The notes under the pieces are model-generated. The model worked only from the letters and a program-made list of their open reading frames with translations. It was not told the origin of the DNA and did not search any database. Position numbers and translations under genes: made by a program. Positions 10,642 to 20,357 of a stretch of 64,000 bases of DNA are shown piece after piece (the first letter of the stretch is position 1; each line of letters starts with the position of its first letter). The stretch is taken from assembly GCA_049601915.1 (NCBI GenBank), contig JBMYRB010000002.1, positions 410,648 to 474,647 of the forward strand, written 5' to 3'. Source of the stretch: Alphaproteobacteria bacterium. Lineage in GTDB: Bacteria > Pseudomonadota > Alphaproteobacteria > UBA6615.

Positions 10642-11726
10642 GCCTGAATGATAAACTCGATCGGGTGGTTGAGCGCCACGCGCAGCTTTCCGATTTGCTG
10701 GCAAGCACCGACGGCAGCGATCCGCAGGAGTATGTTCGGCTGTCGAAGGAGTATTCGGAGCTCGGGCAGGTCGTGGAGAAGGTGCTGGCGCTGCGCGGTG
10801 CGAATGACGAGATCGTGAGCCTCGAGGAAATTATGGCCGATGGCGATACGGATGCGGAGATGAAGGAGCTCGCGGAGCTTGAAATCGAGGAGCTGCGCGC
10901 GCGTGTGCCCGAGCTGGAGCAAGCGCTCAAGCTCATGCTGCTGCCCAAGGATGAGGCGGACGCGAAAAATGCGATCCTCGAGATACGCGCCGGCACCGGC
11001 GGCGACGAGGCCGCCCTGTTCGCGGGCACGCTGTTCCGCATGTACCAACGCTATGCCGAGGACAGGAAATGGAAGGTCGAGGTGATGGATTCCAGCGGCA
11101 CGGGGATTGGCGGCTACAAGGAAGTCGTCGCGAGCATCACCGGTCAGGATGTGTTCTCGCGCCTGAAATATGAATCCGGTGTACACCGGGTGCAACGTGT
11201 CCCCGAGACCGAGAGCAGCGGCCGTATTCACACGTCGGCGGCCACTGTCGCCGTGCTCCCCGAGGCCGAGGAAGTCGATATCGACATTGCCGAGAATGAT
11301 TTGCGCGTGGACACCTATCGCGCGTCGGGACCGGGCGGACAGTCGGTCAACACGACAGACAGTGCGGTCCGGATTACGCATATCCCGACGGGGATCGTGG
11401 TCACCCAGCAGGACGAGAAGTCCCAGCACAAGAACCGTGCCAAGGCGATGCGGGTACTGCGTGCACGCCTGTATGAGCATGAGCGTCAGCTGATCGATGC
11501 GGAGCGCGCCGCGTCGCGGCGCAGCCAAGTGGGTTCGGGCGACAGGTCCGAGCGCATCCGCACCTATAATTTCCCCCAGGGCCGGGTGACAGACCACCGG
11601 ATTAACCTGACTCTTCACAAACTCGACCGAATCCTCGATGGGGAGGGGCTGGACGAACTGGTCGATGCGCTGACCACCGAAGACCAGGCCGCCCAACTTG
11701 CCGAGGACGACAGTTCAGATGTTTGA
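10638..11726 (+). CDS. prfA: Peptide chain release factor 1
   Basis: GGQ motif ([23 protein letters not shown]) and an RF1-type PxT region. Overlaps the upstream gene by 4 nt (ATGA). Confidence 0.95.
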   Translation: MSLNDKLDRVVERHAQLSDLLASTDGSDPQEYVRLSKEYSELGQVVEKVLALRGANDEIVSLEEIMADGDTDAEMKELAELEIEELRARVPELEQALKLMLLPKDEADAKNAILEIRAGTGGDEAALFAGTLFRMYQRYAEDRKWKVEVMDSSGTGIGGYKEVVASITGQDVFSRLKYESGVHRVQRVPETESSGRIHTSAATVAVLPEAEEVDIDIAENDLRVDTYRASGPGGQSVNTTDSAVRITHIPTGIVVTQQDEKSQHKNRAKAMRVLRARLYEHERQLIDAERAASRRSQVGSGDRSERIRTYNFPQGRVTDHRINLTLHKLDRILDGEGLDELVDALTTEDQAAQLAEDDSSDV

Positions 11727-12591
11727 GATGAATTCGAACACGGTTGCCGCAGCCCTGGCCGAGGCCGGCGGACGTCTACGCGCTGTTGACGCGGACAGTC
11801 CCGATCTCGACGCGCGTGTGCTGTTGCGCCAGGTCACCGGCCACGAGGACGCCTGGCTGATCGCCAACCCCGAAGCGGAGATCGATCGTACTGCGCTACA
11901 GGTTTATGCGGAGCTTCTGGAGCGCCGTGAGCGCCGCGAACCGATCTCGCAGATTGTCGGCGAACGGGAATTCTGGTCGCGCAGTTTTCGTGTGACGGGT
12001 GACGTTCTCACACCGCGCCCGGACACCGAGACCCTGATTGAAACCGTGCTCGGGCGTGTCGAGAACCGTAACGCACCGCTACGGATACTGGATCTGGGCA
12101 CCGGCAGCGGCTGTATCGCCCTGACGTTGCTTGCGGAATGCCCGAACGCGACCGCGTTGGGGGTAGACGCGTCCCCGGCAGCATTGGAGGTGGCGGCCGC
12201 AAACGCGGAAGCATTGGGCCTGTCTGACCGGATCGAATGGCGCGAGACCGATTGGTGCGAGGGGATCGAGGGGCTGTTCGACGTCATCGTTTCCAATCCT
12301 CCCTATATCGCGCGTTATGAGCTGAAACACCTGGACCCCGAGGTACGAGAGTTTGAACCGAATATGGCGCTGGATGGGGGTGCCGACGGTATGGCCGCCT
12401 ACCGACGCATCATTCCGTCGCTCAAACGCCTTGCCGCTGACCGGCCGATCATCGCCTTCGAACTGGGGCAAGGTCAGGCGCGCGGTGTCGCCGCACTTGG
12501 GCGCGTGGCCGGGTTGCGCATCGCCGACGTGGATCAGGATATTGCGCGACGGGCGCGGGTCATCACCCTGGAGCCAACATCAGAAGGTTAA
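11698..12591 (+). CDS. prmC: Release factor glutamine N5-methyltransferase
   Basis: NPPY motif (VSNPPYIA), SAM motif [11 protein letters not shown] and position immediately after prfA. The start could be the internal ATG at 11719. Confidence 0.85.
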   Translation: MPRTTVQMFEMNSNTVAAALAEAGGRLRAVDADSPDLDARVLLRQVTGHEDAWLIANPEAEIDRTALQVYAELLERRERREPISQIVGEREFWSRSFRVTGDVLTPRPDTETLIETVLGRVENRNAPLRILDLGTGSGCIALTLLAECPNATALGVDASPAALEVAAANAEALGLSDRIEWRETDWCEGIEGLFDVIVSNPPYIARYELKHLDPEVREFEPNMALDGGADGMAAYRRIIPSLKRLAADRPIIAFELGQGQARGVAALGRVAGLRIADVDQDIARRARVITLEPTSEG

Positions 12592-12835
12592 CGAGGTACA
12601 GAAAGTTCTTGGAAAACAAAACCGGGCCGCATAGGGTGCCCCGGTCAGATATGCCGTAGGGTGCCTGTAGCGATCACAATCCCATAGGCCTTGGCGAATA
12701 ATCTGAACTCCCGGATCCGAACTCGAAAGGACCTCTCGCCGATGAGCGGTCATTTCCAGAAAGCGTGTGATCCAGTTGGACGGCACCGTTTTGATGGGAG
12801 TTGGACCGTAATCAGTAATCTGATCGACGGAAGCA

Positions 12836-13444
12836 ATGCGACCAAATTCGAATAACAACAGGCGGGCACGGGGCCGCGGCGGACGCAAGTCCGGCAATTC
12901 CCGAAACCAGACATATGACAGCAACGGCCCTGGCGCGCGCGTACGCGGGAACCCGTCGCAGATATATGAGAAATATCAGCAACTGGCTCGCGATGCTGCT
13001 TCGGCCGGCGATCGCGTCGGCGCGGAGAATTATCTGCAGCATGCAGAGCATTACTACCGGCTGATGGCCGCCGCCGCCGCGAAGAACGAACAACGCAACG
13101 CGTCCGAAGAAGGCACGCGCGACGAGGGCTCTCGCGATGCAAATCGTGAATCGAACCGCGATTCCGGCGATGGACACGGGTCCTTCGTTGAAAACCTCCA
13201 GACCGAAGATTCGACTTCTGAAGGTGACAGCGCCGACGATTCGACGCAGGACGAGAAGGTCGCCAAGTCCGACGATTCCGGGTCGCGTCCGAACGGTCGC
13301 AAGCGGCGCTCGCGTCGTGGCAATGGCCGTGCCGCCGCCGGCGACAGCAATGCAGATGCCGATGGCAATGTTGCCGAGGAACCTGCGGGCAAATCTGATG
13401 ACGGTGATGCAGGTGGCGACGACGGCGAGGCCGCAACGGCCTAG
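12836..13444 (+). CDS. DUF4167 domain-containing protein (conserved N-terminus, long acidic disordered tail)
   Basis: N-terminus RRARGRGGRKSGNSRNQTYDSNGPGARVRGNPSQIYEKYQQLARDAASAGDRVGAENYLQHAEHYYRL matches the DUF4167 signature common next to prmC/clpB in Alphaproteobacteria. The C-terminal 120 aa is a D/E/S/G-rich low-complexity region. Confidence 0.7.
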   Translation: MRPNSNNNRRARGRGGRKSGNSRNQTYDSNGPGARVRGNPSQIYEKYQQLARDAASAGDRVGAENYLQHAEHYYRLMAAAAAKNEQRNASEEGTRDEGSRDANRESNRDSGDGHGSFVENLQTEDSTSEGDSADDSTQDEKVAKSDDSGSRPNGRKRRSRRGNGRAAAGDSNADADGNVAEEPAGKSDDGDAGGDDGEAATA

Positions 13445-13472
13445 CTGTTCATGCCAACCGGAGTCCGGTCGA

Positions 13473-14168
13473 TCATGGCATCGGAAGAATCGGATCTCCC
13501 GGGCGAATTTCGCCGGGCTCGACGACACGTGCATAAACGCCCATATCTTCGTGCCCCCATCCCTTATGCAAGGCACGAGGCAGGTTCATGTCGCGTGCGG
13601 CAGTATCGGGATTAACGTTGGTCGCGGCGCATCGCCGTGTACGCTTGATGACCTCGGCGACGGCGCTGCCGATCCGGATTTTGCAATCCAGCCAGTCGAA
13701 TTCTGCCCAGGCGGGTGTGCCATCGAAATAGACGTCCGCGCGAAACCGGCGCGCGTCGACATCCCTGCCGATTTCCTCTCCCAATGCCGTGACGCTGTTG
13801 AGGTTGATGAGCGAGATGACCTTGGCGTCGAGATCGGAGAAGCTGTGTTCGCCGGCCTTGAGCAGTGTCGGTTGGCCGTCGATCTCGTCGGCGAGAAACG
13901 TGGCAAAGAACGCTTCTACATCCGATCGGCCGGCGGGGCTTGATAGGTTTGCGGTGGGGGCGATACGCGCGTCATCCCGCAGGGTGAGCAAGTTTGTGCT
14001 GGCGTCGGAACCGGCATCCAGTTCCGCCAGTTTTTCATCGCGAACCAGGGCCAGAAAGTTGGTTTTGGGCATCCAGACCGGATTGTCCGTATCGAACGAA
14101 AATCCGGGTCGACCGAGCGCAAAACGTCGGTCTCCCGCGATTTTTTTTCCCCTTTTCGAGGGTCGCAT
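13473..14168 (-). CDS. MOSC domain-containing protein
   Basis: C-terminal MOSC motifs (RFRADVYFDG...AWAEFDWLD..IRIG.AVAEVIKRTRRCAATNVNPDT) including the conserved Cys. The start is uncertain because the first codons run through an A/T homopolymer at 14138-14160. Confidence 0.65.
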   Translation of the reverse strand: MRPSKRGKKIAGDRRFALGRPGFSFDTDNPVWMPKTNFLALVRDEKLAELDAGSDASTNLLTLRDDARIAPTANLSSPAGRSDVEAFFATFLADEIDGQPTLLKAGEHSFSDLDAKVISLINLNSVTALGEEIGRDVDARRFRADVYFDGTPAWAEFDWLDCKIRIGSAVAEVIKRTRRCAATNVNPDTAARDMNLPRALHKGWGHEDMGVYARVVEPGEIRPGDPILPMP

Positions 14169-14283
14169 GGGCCCAAATTTGGCCCGACAGGCCCTTAACG
14201 GGGTAGCTACGAATTTCTGAGATACTGGCGTTCATATCGCGAAGTTTCCTGGCGGAAAGGCGTCCCGGAACCGGGACATAGGT

Positions 14284-14313
14284 CTTGTGTTGCGCCGTGG
14301 CAACACCATATCT
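14284..14313 (+). promoter_or_regulatory. Putative sigma-32 (RpoH) heat-shock promoter for clpB
   Basis: CTTG - 18 nt - CCATATCT, about 120 nt upstream of the clpB ATG. It resembles the alphaproteobacterial RpoH consensus CTTG-N17-CYTATNT. The spacer contains the palindrome TGTTGC-N6-GCAACA. Confidence 0.3.
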
Positions 14314-14437
14314 CAATGGCGCGGACTGGCTCGTGCATCGAGATGGCGAGCCGCCAGCGTGTCCTTGTGGTGAATGCCTAATTCGGGTTCGCCGTCCATG
14401 CCCGCCTCACGCGAGGGGGTTGTTCGAGGAGTAGATC

Positions 14438-17035
14438 ATGAACTTCGAGAAATATACCGAACGCGCACGCGGATTCGTTCAGGTCGCTCAGGACCTGGCG
14501 CAACGCAGTGCGCATCAGCAGCTGGTGCCGGAGCATCTGTTGAAGGCCCTGCTCGATGACGAGGAGGGCCTTTGCGCCAACCTTATTCGCGCTGCCGGCG
14601 GTGACCCGGCCCGCGCGGAGCAGGCTGTCGAGCTGGTGCTCGACAAGTTGCCGAAGGTTGAAGGCGACGGTGCGGGTCAGCTTTACCTGTCGAAGGAAGC
14701 CAGCCGCATCCTGAGCGACGCGCAGAATATCGCCGAGAAGGCGGGCGACAGTTTCGTCACGGTCGAGCGGTTGTTGCTGGCCGTAGCCTTGGCGACCGGG
14801 ACCGGCGCGGCGCAGATTCTGGCCGACGCGAATGTCACGCCGCAATCCCTGAACGAAACGATCAATGCATTGCGCAAGGGTCGGACGGCCGACAGCGCGA
14901 CGGCGGAAAACGCCTATGAGGCGCTGGCCAAATACACCCGTGATCTGACCGAGGCGGCCCGTGACGGCAAGCTCGACCCGGTGATCGGGCGCGATGAAGA
15001 AATTCGTCGCACGATCCAGGTTCTTGCACGGCGGACGAAAAATAACCCGGTGCTGATCGGCGAACCCGGAGTGGGCAAGACCGCCATCGTCGAGGGGCTC
15101 GCCCTGCGCATCATCAATGGTGACGTGCCCGAAAGCCTGCGCGAGAAACGCCTGTTGTCGCTCGATATGGGCGCGCTTATCGCCGGAGCGAAGTTCCGCG
15201 GTGAGTTCGAGGAACGCTTGAAGGCGATCCTCGAAGAGGTGAGCGCGGCTGCCGGCGAGATCGTGCTGTTCGTCGACGAGATGCACACGATCGTCGGGGC
15301 CGGTGCCGCCGAAGGGTCGATGGACGCCTCCAATATGCTCAAACCGGCGCTGGCGCGCGGTGAACTGCATTGTGTGGGCGCGACGACGCTCGACGAGTAT
15401 CGCAAGCATGTGGAGAAGGATGCGGCACTGGCGCGCCGTTTCCAGCCGGTCTTCGTCTACGAACCCAATGTGGCGGACACGATCTCCATCCTGCGCGGTC
15501 TCAAGGAGAAGTATGAGCTGCACCACGGCGTTCGGATCACGGATTCCGCACTGGTTTCGGCCGCAACGCTGTCCAACCGCTACATTACCGACCGGTTCCT
15601 GCCAGACAAGGCCATCGACCTTGTCGATGAGGCGGCGTCGCGCTTGCGGATGGAAGTCGATTCCAAGCCCGAGGAGATCGATGAACTAGATCGCCGGATC
15701 ATCCAGCTCAAGATCGAGCGCGAGGCGCTGAAGAAGGAAAGCGACAACGGGTCGGCGGAGCGGCTGGATGTGCTGGACAAAGAGCTTGGCGACCTGGAAG
15801 CCAAGTCGGCGGATCTCACCTTCGTCTGGCAGGCGGAAAAGGAAAAACTCGCCGGGACCCAGAAGATCAAGGAACAGCTCGATGCGGCCCGCCTGGAGTT
15901 GGAGCAAGCGCAGCGGGTCGGCAACCTGGAGCGCGCAGGTGAGCTGGCTTACGGGCGAATTCCCGACCTCGAGCGCGCCGTGATGGAGGCCGATGAAGCG
16001 CCCGAAGGGAACATGCTCGACGAGGAAGTCACGGATACCCATATCGCCGGCGTGGTCTCACGCTGGACGGGGGTGCCGGTGGACAAGATGCTTGAAGGCG
16101 AACGCGAGCGGCTGCTCGAAATGGAAGCCATGCTCGGATCACGCGTGATCGGTCAGGACGAAGCGATCGGCGCGATCTCGAATGCGGTCCGCCGCGCGCG
16201 TTCCGGGCTGCAGGATCCGGACCGGCCGATCGGTTCCTTCCTGTTCCTGGGGCCGACCGGTGTCGGCAAGACCGAGCTGACCAAGGCGCTTGCGGAGTTC
16301 ATTTTTGACGACGAGCACGCGATGGTTCGCATGGATATGTCGGAGTATATGGAGAAGCATGCGGTGGCCCGCCTGATCGGCGCGCCACCAGGATATGTCG
16401 GATATGAAGAAGGTGGCGCCCTGACCGAGGCGGTCCGCCGCCGGCCGTATCAGGTGGTACTCTTTGACGAGGTCGAGAAGGCTCATCCGGATGTCTTCAA
16501 TGTGCTGTTGCAGGTGCTGGATGACGGCCGGCTGACAGACGGGCAGGGGCGCACCGTTGACTTCAAGAACACCCTGATCATCCTGACGTCTAATCTGGGC
16601 AGCGAGCATCTCGCCAACCGGTCGGATGACGAGGATACTGAAGCCGTTCGTGAAGCCGTCATGGACGTGGTCCGGGGTGCCTTCCGGCCGGAATTTCTCA
16701 ACCGGCTTGACGAGGTGCTGTTGTTCCATCGCCTGACGCGCGAGCAGATGTCCGGGATCGTGGATATCCAGCTGGCCCATCTTCGGCAGTTGCTGGACGA
16801 TCGGAAAATCGGCCTGGAGCTGGATGATGCGGCCAACACCTGGTTGGCGAATGCGGGATACGACCCGGTGTATGGAGCGCGGCCACTCAAGCGGGTTATC
16901 CAGCGGCATCTCCAGAATTCGCTGGCGACAATGTTGCTTGAGGGCACGATCGTTGACGGCGACACTGTGAGCGTATCGGCCGGACCGGATGGATTGTTGA
17001 TCAATGGCGAGGTTGTGCAGGCCGAATCAGCCTGA
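14438..17035 (+). CDS. clpB: ATP-dependent chaperone ClpB
   Basis: 865 aa with two AAA+ modules (GEPGVGKT and GPTGVGKT Walker A boxes), a middle coiled-coil region and a Clp N-domain at [15 protein letters not shown]. Confidence 0.95.
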   Translation: MNFEKYTERARGFVQVAQDLAQRSAHQQLVPEHLLKALLDDEEGLCANLIRAAGGDPARAEQAVELVLDKLPKVEGDGAGQLYLSKEASRILSDAQNIAEKAGDSFVTVERLLLAVALATGTGAAQILADANVTPQSLNETINALRKGRTADSATAENAYEALAKYTRDLTEAARDGKLDPVIGRDEEIRRTIQVLARRTKNNPVLIGEPGVGKTAIVEGLALRIINGDVPESLREKRLLSLDMGALIAGAKFRGEFEERLKAILEEVSAAAGEIVLFVDEMHTIVGAGAAEGSMDASNMLKPALARGELHCVGATTLDEYRKHVEKDAALARRFQPVFVYEPNVADTISILRGLKEKYELHHGVRITDSALVSAATLSNRYITDRFLPDKAIDLVDEAASRLRMEVDSKPEEIDELDRRIIQLKIEREALKKESDNGSAERLDVLDKELGDLEAKSADLTFVWQAEKEKLAGTQKIKEQLDAARLELEQAQRVGNLERAGELAYGRIPDLERAVMEADEAPEGNMLDEEVTDTHIAGVVSRWTGVPVDKMLEGERERLLEMEAMLGSRVIGQDEAIGAISNAVRRARSGLQDPDRPIGSFLFLGPTGVGKTELTKALAEFIFDDEHAMVRMDMSEYMEKHAVARLIGAPPGYVGYEEGGALTEAVRRRPYQVVLFDEVEKAHPDVFNVLLQVLDDGRLTDGQGRTVDFKNTLIILTSNLGSEHLANRSDDEDTEAVREAVMDVVRGAFRPEFLNRLDEVLLFHRLTREQMSGIVDIQLAHLRQLLDDRKIGLELDDAANTWLANAGYDPVYGARPLKRVIQRHLQNSLATMLLEGTIVDGDTVSVSAGPDGLLINGEVVQAESA

Positions 17036-17078
17036 CGGGCGACCTGCACGCCGCGCAGCAAAAATGGAGGTGTGACAG

Positions 17079-17510
17079 TTGGCTGGACGATCCTCGCTTT
17101 GGCGTCGTTGGCTTACTCGCGGCGGATTGTTGATTGTCGTGCCGTTGCTCGTCGTCGTGGCCGTCGTGGGCTACTTCTTCGCGGCGGGCGCACAGCAGCG
17201 GCACGAAGTCGCGATGCCGCCGTCCGGGCTTCCCGATGTGGCGGGCGACCAGAACGGCCGCCTCTTACCGGCATCGGATTCCGGTCCGGCGTCGCAATTC
17301 ATGTATGAAGCGGAATCCGGTGAGCGGCTGACGCTCTATGTCGAGCAGAACCTGGCCGGTGGCGCGACGGCCTTCCGGTTCACCGAATATGATGAGGTCT
17401 CGGCGTTCTGGCGGAAGGACGGGCCGCTGGCCTATGTGCTGATCGGACGGGGCGAGCGGGATCGATTGCTGGGTTTGGCTCGCGCAACCTATCAGGAACT
17501 CAATCCGTAA
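17079..17510 (+). CDS. Hypothetical membrane-anchored protein (N-terminal TM helix, about 100-aa periplasmic or cytoplasmic domain)
   Basis: 143 aa with a hydrophobic segment LLIVVPLLVVVAVVGYFFAAG. No recognisable catalytic motif. The codon composition is protein-like. Confidence 0.4.
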   Translation: MAGRSSLWRRWLTRGGLLIVVPLLVVVAVVGYFFAAGAQQRHEVAMPPSGLPDVAGDQNGRLLPASDSGPASQFMYEAESGERLTLYVEQNLAGGATAFRFTEYDEVSAFWRKDGPLAYVLIGRGERDRLLGLARATYQELNP

Positions 17511-18852
17511 GCGTCTTGCCGCCGCCTGCCGTCAGGGCCGGTCCGGCGAGTGATGCGAAGCGCGCATCCACCGACTCGCGGAGGCTCTGGAATGTCGCAA
17601 GCCGGTCACCTTTGAGCTTTTCCCCGCTCGGCAGCTTCAGTCCCAGCGGGTTGATCTGCTTTCCGTCGCGGTGAATCTCGTAATGCAGGTGCGGCCCGGT
17701 GGAACTGCCGGTCGTTCCTACATATCCGATGACCTGTCCCTGGCGTACGCGCTTACCCGACCGCACGCCGCGCGCATAGCCGTTCAGATGGGCATAGGCG
17801 GTCGAGTAGGTACCGTTATGGCGAATGCGAATGTATTTGCCATAGCCGCCATTGGTGGAGGCGACCTCGACGGTGCCGTCACCTGCGGCGTAGATCGGAG
17901 TTCCGGTCGGTGCGGCGAAGTCCACGCCGGCATGAAGGCGCGTATATCCGAGAATCGGGTGTTTGCGATTGCCAAAGCGTGACGACAGGCGCGCGCCGTC
18001 GAGCGGCGTCTTCATCAGCGCCTTGCGCACGCTCTCACCCTTCTCGTTGAAATAGTCGATCGTCCCCTTCGAAGTCTCGAACCGATAAAAGGGGAGGTTG
18101 GTCCCGCGCAAGGTGAGTTTGGCGTAGTGGATATCGCCATTGTTGACGACGCGATCATCTTCATTGCGCTGGCGTTCGAACATGATCTCGAAGGCATCGC
18201 CATTCCAGATGTCCCGTTGAAAATCGACATCGAAGCTGTAGATCCGTATCAATTCGATCAGAACCGGGATCGGAATCCCGGCATTGCGTCCGTTCACGAA
18301 GAGGCTCGAATCGATTACGCCGGAGACGCGGACAAACTCCGTCGTGAGCGGCAACTCGACTTCCCGGGCAATGAAGTCATCGCCATCTGCGCGCTCGACC
18401 TCGACCTCGCGGTCGTAGGTGACCGGCAGCCGCAGAGATGAAAGCTCGTAGTCGGGTGTTTCGGAGGGGCTGGCGTTCGTCGTACCTGCGGCAGGACCGA
18501 GCGTGATCTGAATCTCATCGCCGACACGTAGATCGCGTCGGGGATCATAGACACTCTTCAGGGACTGGATTGCCGTATAGGCGTCGGCGCGTTCCGCCCC
18601 GGCCTTGACGAGCACATCCATGAGGTTGTCGCCATTTTCGATCTCTACCGTATGCACCAGCGGGCTCGGAGGCTTCGGCTCCACGACCAGCGCGGGAATG
18701 GCCGGCGGTGTGGCAGCCGATGCGGTCGAGGAAACCTGTGGGGCGGGGTCGGTTCCCTTCAGGGCGCCGAGTAAATAGGCGCCGGCAGGAAGCACGATCA
18801 CGACCGCCACGATCGCCAGCAAGGCAGGTTTTTTATGCAGGTCGAACTTCAA
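17500..18852 (-). CDS. M23 family metallopeptidase (LytM-like), with signal/TM anchor
   Basis: HAGVDFAAPTGTPIYAAGDGTV ... GYVGTTGSSTGPHLHYEIH are canonical M23 HxxxD and HxH motifs. N-terminal hydrophobic anchor. Confidence 0.85.
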   Translation of the reverse strand: MKFDLHKKPALLAIVAVVIVLPAGAYLLGALKGTDPAPQVSSTASAATPPAIPALVVEPKPPSPLVHTVEIENGDNLMDVLVKAGAERADAYTAIQSLKSVYDPRRDLRVGDEIQITLGPAAGTTNASPSETPDYELSSLRLPVTYDREVEVERADGDDFIAREVELPLTTEFVRVSGVIDSSLFVNGRNAGIPIPVLIELIRIYSFDVDFQRDIWNGDAFEIMFERQRNEDDRVVNNGDIHYAKLTLRGTNLPFYRFETSKGTIDYFNEKGESVRKALMKTPLDGARLSSRFGNRKHPILGYTRLHAGVDFAAPTGTPIYAAGDGTVEVASTNGGYGKYIRIRHNGTYSTAYAHLNGYARGVRSGKRVRQGQVIGYVGTTGSSTGPHLHYEIHRDGKQINPLGLKLPSGEKLKGDRLATFQSLRESVDARFASLAGPALTAGGGKTLTD

Positions 18853-19001
18853 ACGCCGATTCCCTCGCCCGAATCAAATTTCGGCGAATCACCAGATCGA
18901 GACGCCGAGGCACGGGCAAGATGCAGACACGCCCCGCTTCGTGTCAACAATCGATCAAACGGTTTCGATAAATTTTTTGTAATGGTATCAAATGTTTGCT
19001 G

Positions 19002-20348
19002 CTATTCTGCCACCACTCGCTCGATCCGCGGATAGAAGGCCGCAAGGGTTACGGCGCGGAGCACCATGAACAGCATCACCGACGCCCACAGGCCGTGATT
19101 ACCCATGTATGCAGGCAAGGTGAAGATCGCGACGGTGTACAGCGCCACCGAAACGATCATGGCATTGCGCATCTCCGCCGCGTGTGTGGCGCCGATGAAG
19201 ATGCCGTCGAGCTGATACGACCACACCGACAGCAGGGGTGACAGCGCCATCCAGGGAAGGAAACTGCCGGCGAATTCACGCAGTGGCTTGATGTCGGTCA
19301 GCAGCGCCAGCAGTTGCGGGCCAAGGACGGCATAAACGAGCGCGTATCCAAACGCCACGACCGCGGCCATGAAGGTGGCGGCGACGACCGTATCGCGCAG
19401 GAGGTGGCGGTTTCGTGCGCCGACGGCCTCGCCGACGAGCGCGGATGTCGCATGGGCAAAGCCATCGAGGCCGTGGGCCAGGAAAGACTGGAAGTTCATC
19501 AACAAGGCATTGGCGGCGAGCACGTTGGTGCCCATGCGCGCACCCGTCCAGGTGAGGAGCGACCAGGCGAAGATCATCGCCAGGGTGCGTATGAAGATGT
19601 CCCGACTGACCCGAAACAAACTGGTGAGCTCGGCAAGATTGAAAATTTGGACCCGATCCCATCTTCCGTCGATGCGCCGAAGCCGCAGCACGATCAGGGC
19701 CAGGCCCAGGATTACCCCTGTGTACTGCGCCAGCGCGGTGGCCAATGCGACGCCCCTGATGCCCCAGCCCAGCTCGACGACAAACCAGATATCGAGTCCG
19801 GCATTCAGACCGTTGATAACGATCTGAACCAGCAGCGCGGCACGTGCGAACTGCATGCCCAGCATCCAGCCCAGGATTGCATAATTGGCGAGCGTCGCCG
19901 GTGCGCCCCAGATGCGGGTGTCGAAGTAGCCCTGGGCAAGCCGCTCCACGTCTGGCGCGGCATCTAGAATCTGGAAGGCCCCGAGACGAAGCGGGTGTTG
20001 TAGGATCAGAAGAACCAGCGCGGCTGTGAGGCCGATCATCAGCGCGCGCGCGAGCACGGCACGGATTTCATCGCCGTCGTCCCGCCCATGTGCCTGGGCC
20101 ACAAACCCGGTCGTACCCATGCGCAGAAAGCCGAAGCCCCAGTAGAGAAACGAAAAGATCATGGCGCCGACCGCCACGCCGCCGATATAGGCCGGGTCGG
20201 GCAGGTGCCCCATCACGGCCGTATCCACCGCACCCAGCATCGGGACCGTCAGGTTCGACAGGATCGTCGGCCAGGAGATTTGCCAGATGCGCCCATAGGG
20301 CCCACGCCGCAGGCGGTCGGTCAGTCCGTTGGACGCGGACGCCGTCAT
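19002..20348 (-). CDS. MATE family efflux transporter
   Basis: 448 aa with 12 predicted TM segments and a typical NorM/DinF-like pattern of hydrophobic repeats. Confidence 0.8.
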   Translation of the reverse strand: MTASASNGLTDRLRRGPYGRIWQISWPTILSNLTVPMLGAVDTAVMGHLPDPAYIGGVAVGAMIFSFLYWGFGFLRMGTTGFVAQAHGRDDGDEIRAVLARALMIGLTAALVLLILQHPLRLGAFQILDAAPDVERLAQGYFDTRIWGAPATLANYAILGWMLGMQFARAALLVQIVINGLNAGLDIWFVVELGWGIRGVALATALAQYTGVILGLALIVLRLRRIDGRWDRVQIFNLAELTSLFRVSRDIFIRTLAMIFAWSLLTWTGARMGTNVLAANALLMNFQSFLAHGLDGFAHATSALVGEAVGARNRHLLRDTVVAATFMAAVVAFGYALVYAVLGPQLLALLTDIKPLREFAGSFLPWMALSPLLSVWSYQLDGIFIGATHAAEMRNAMIVSVALYTVAIFTLPAYMGNHGLWASVMLFMVLRAVTLAAFYPRIERVVAE

Positions 20349-20357
20349 CGGGAGTAT

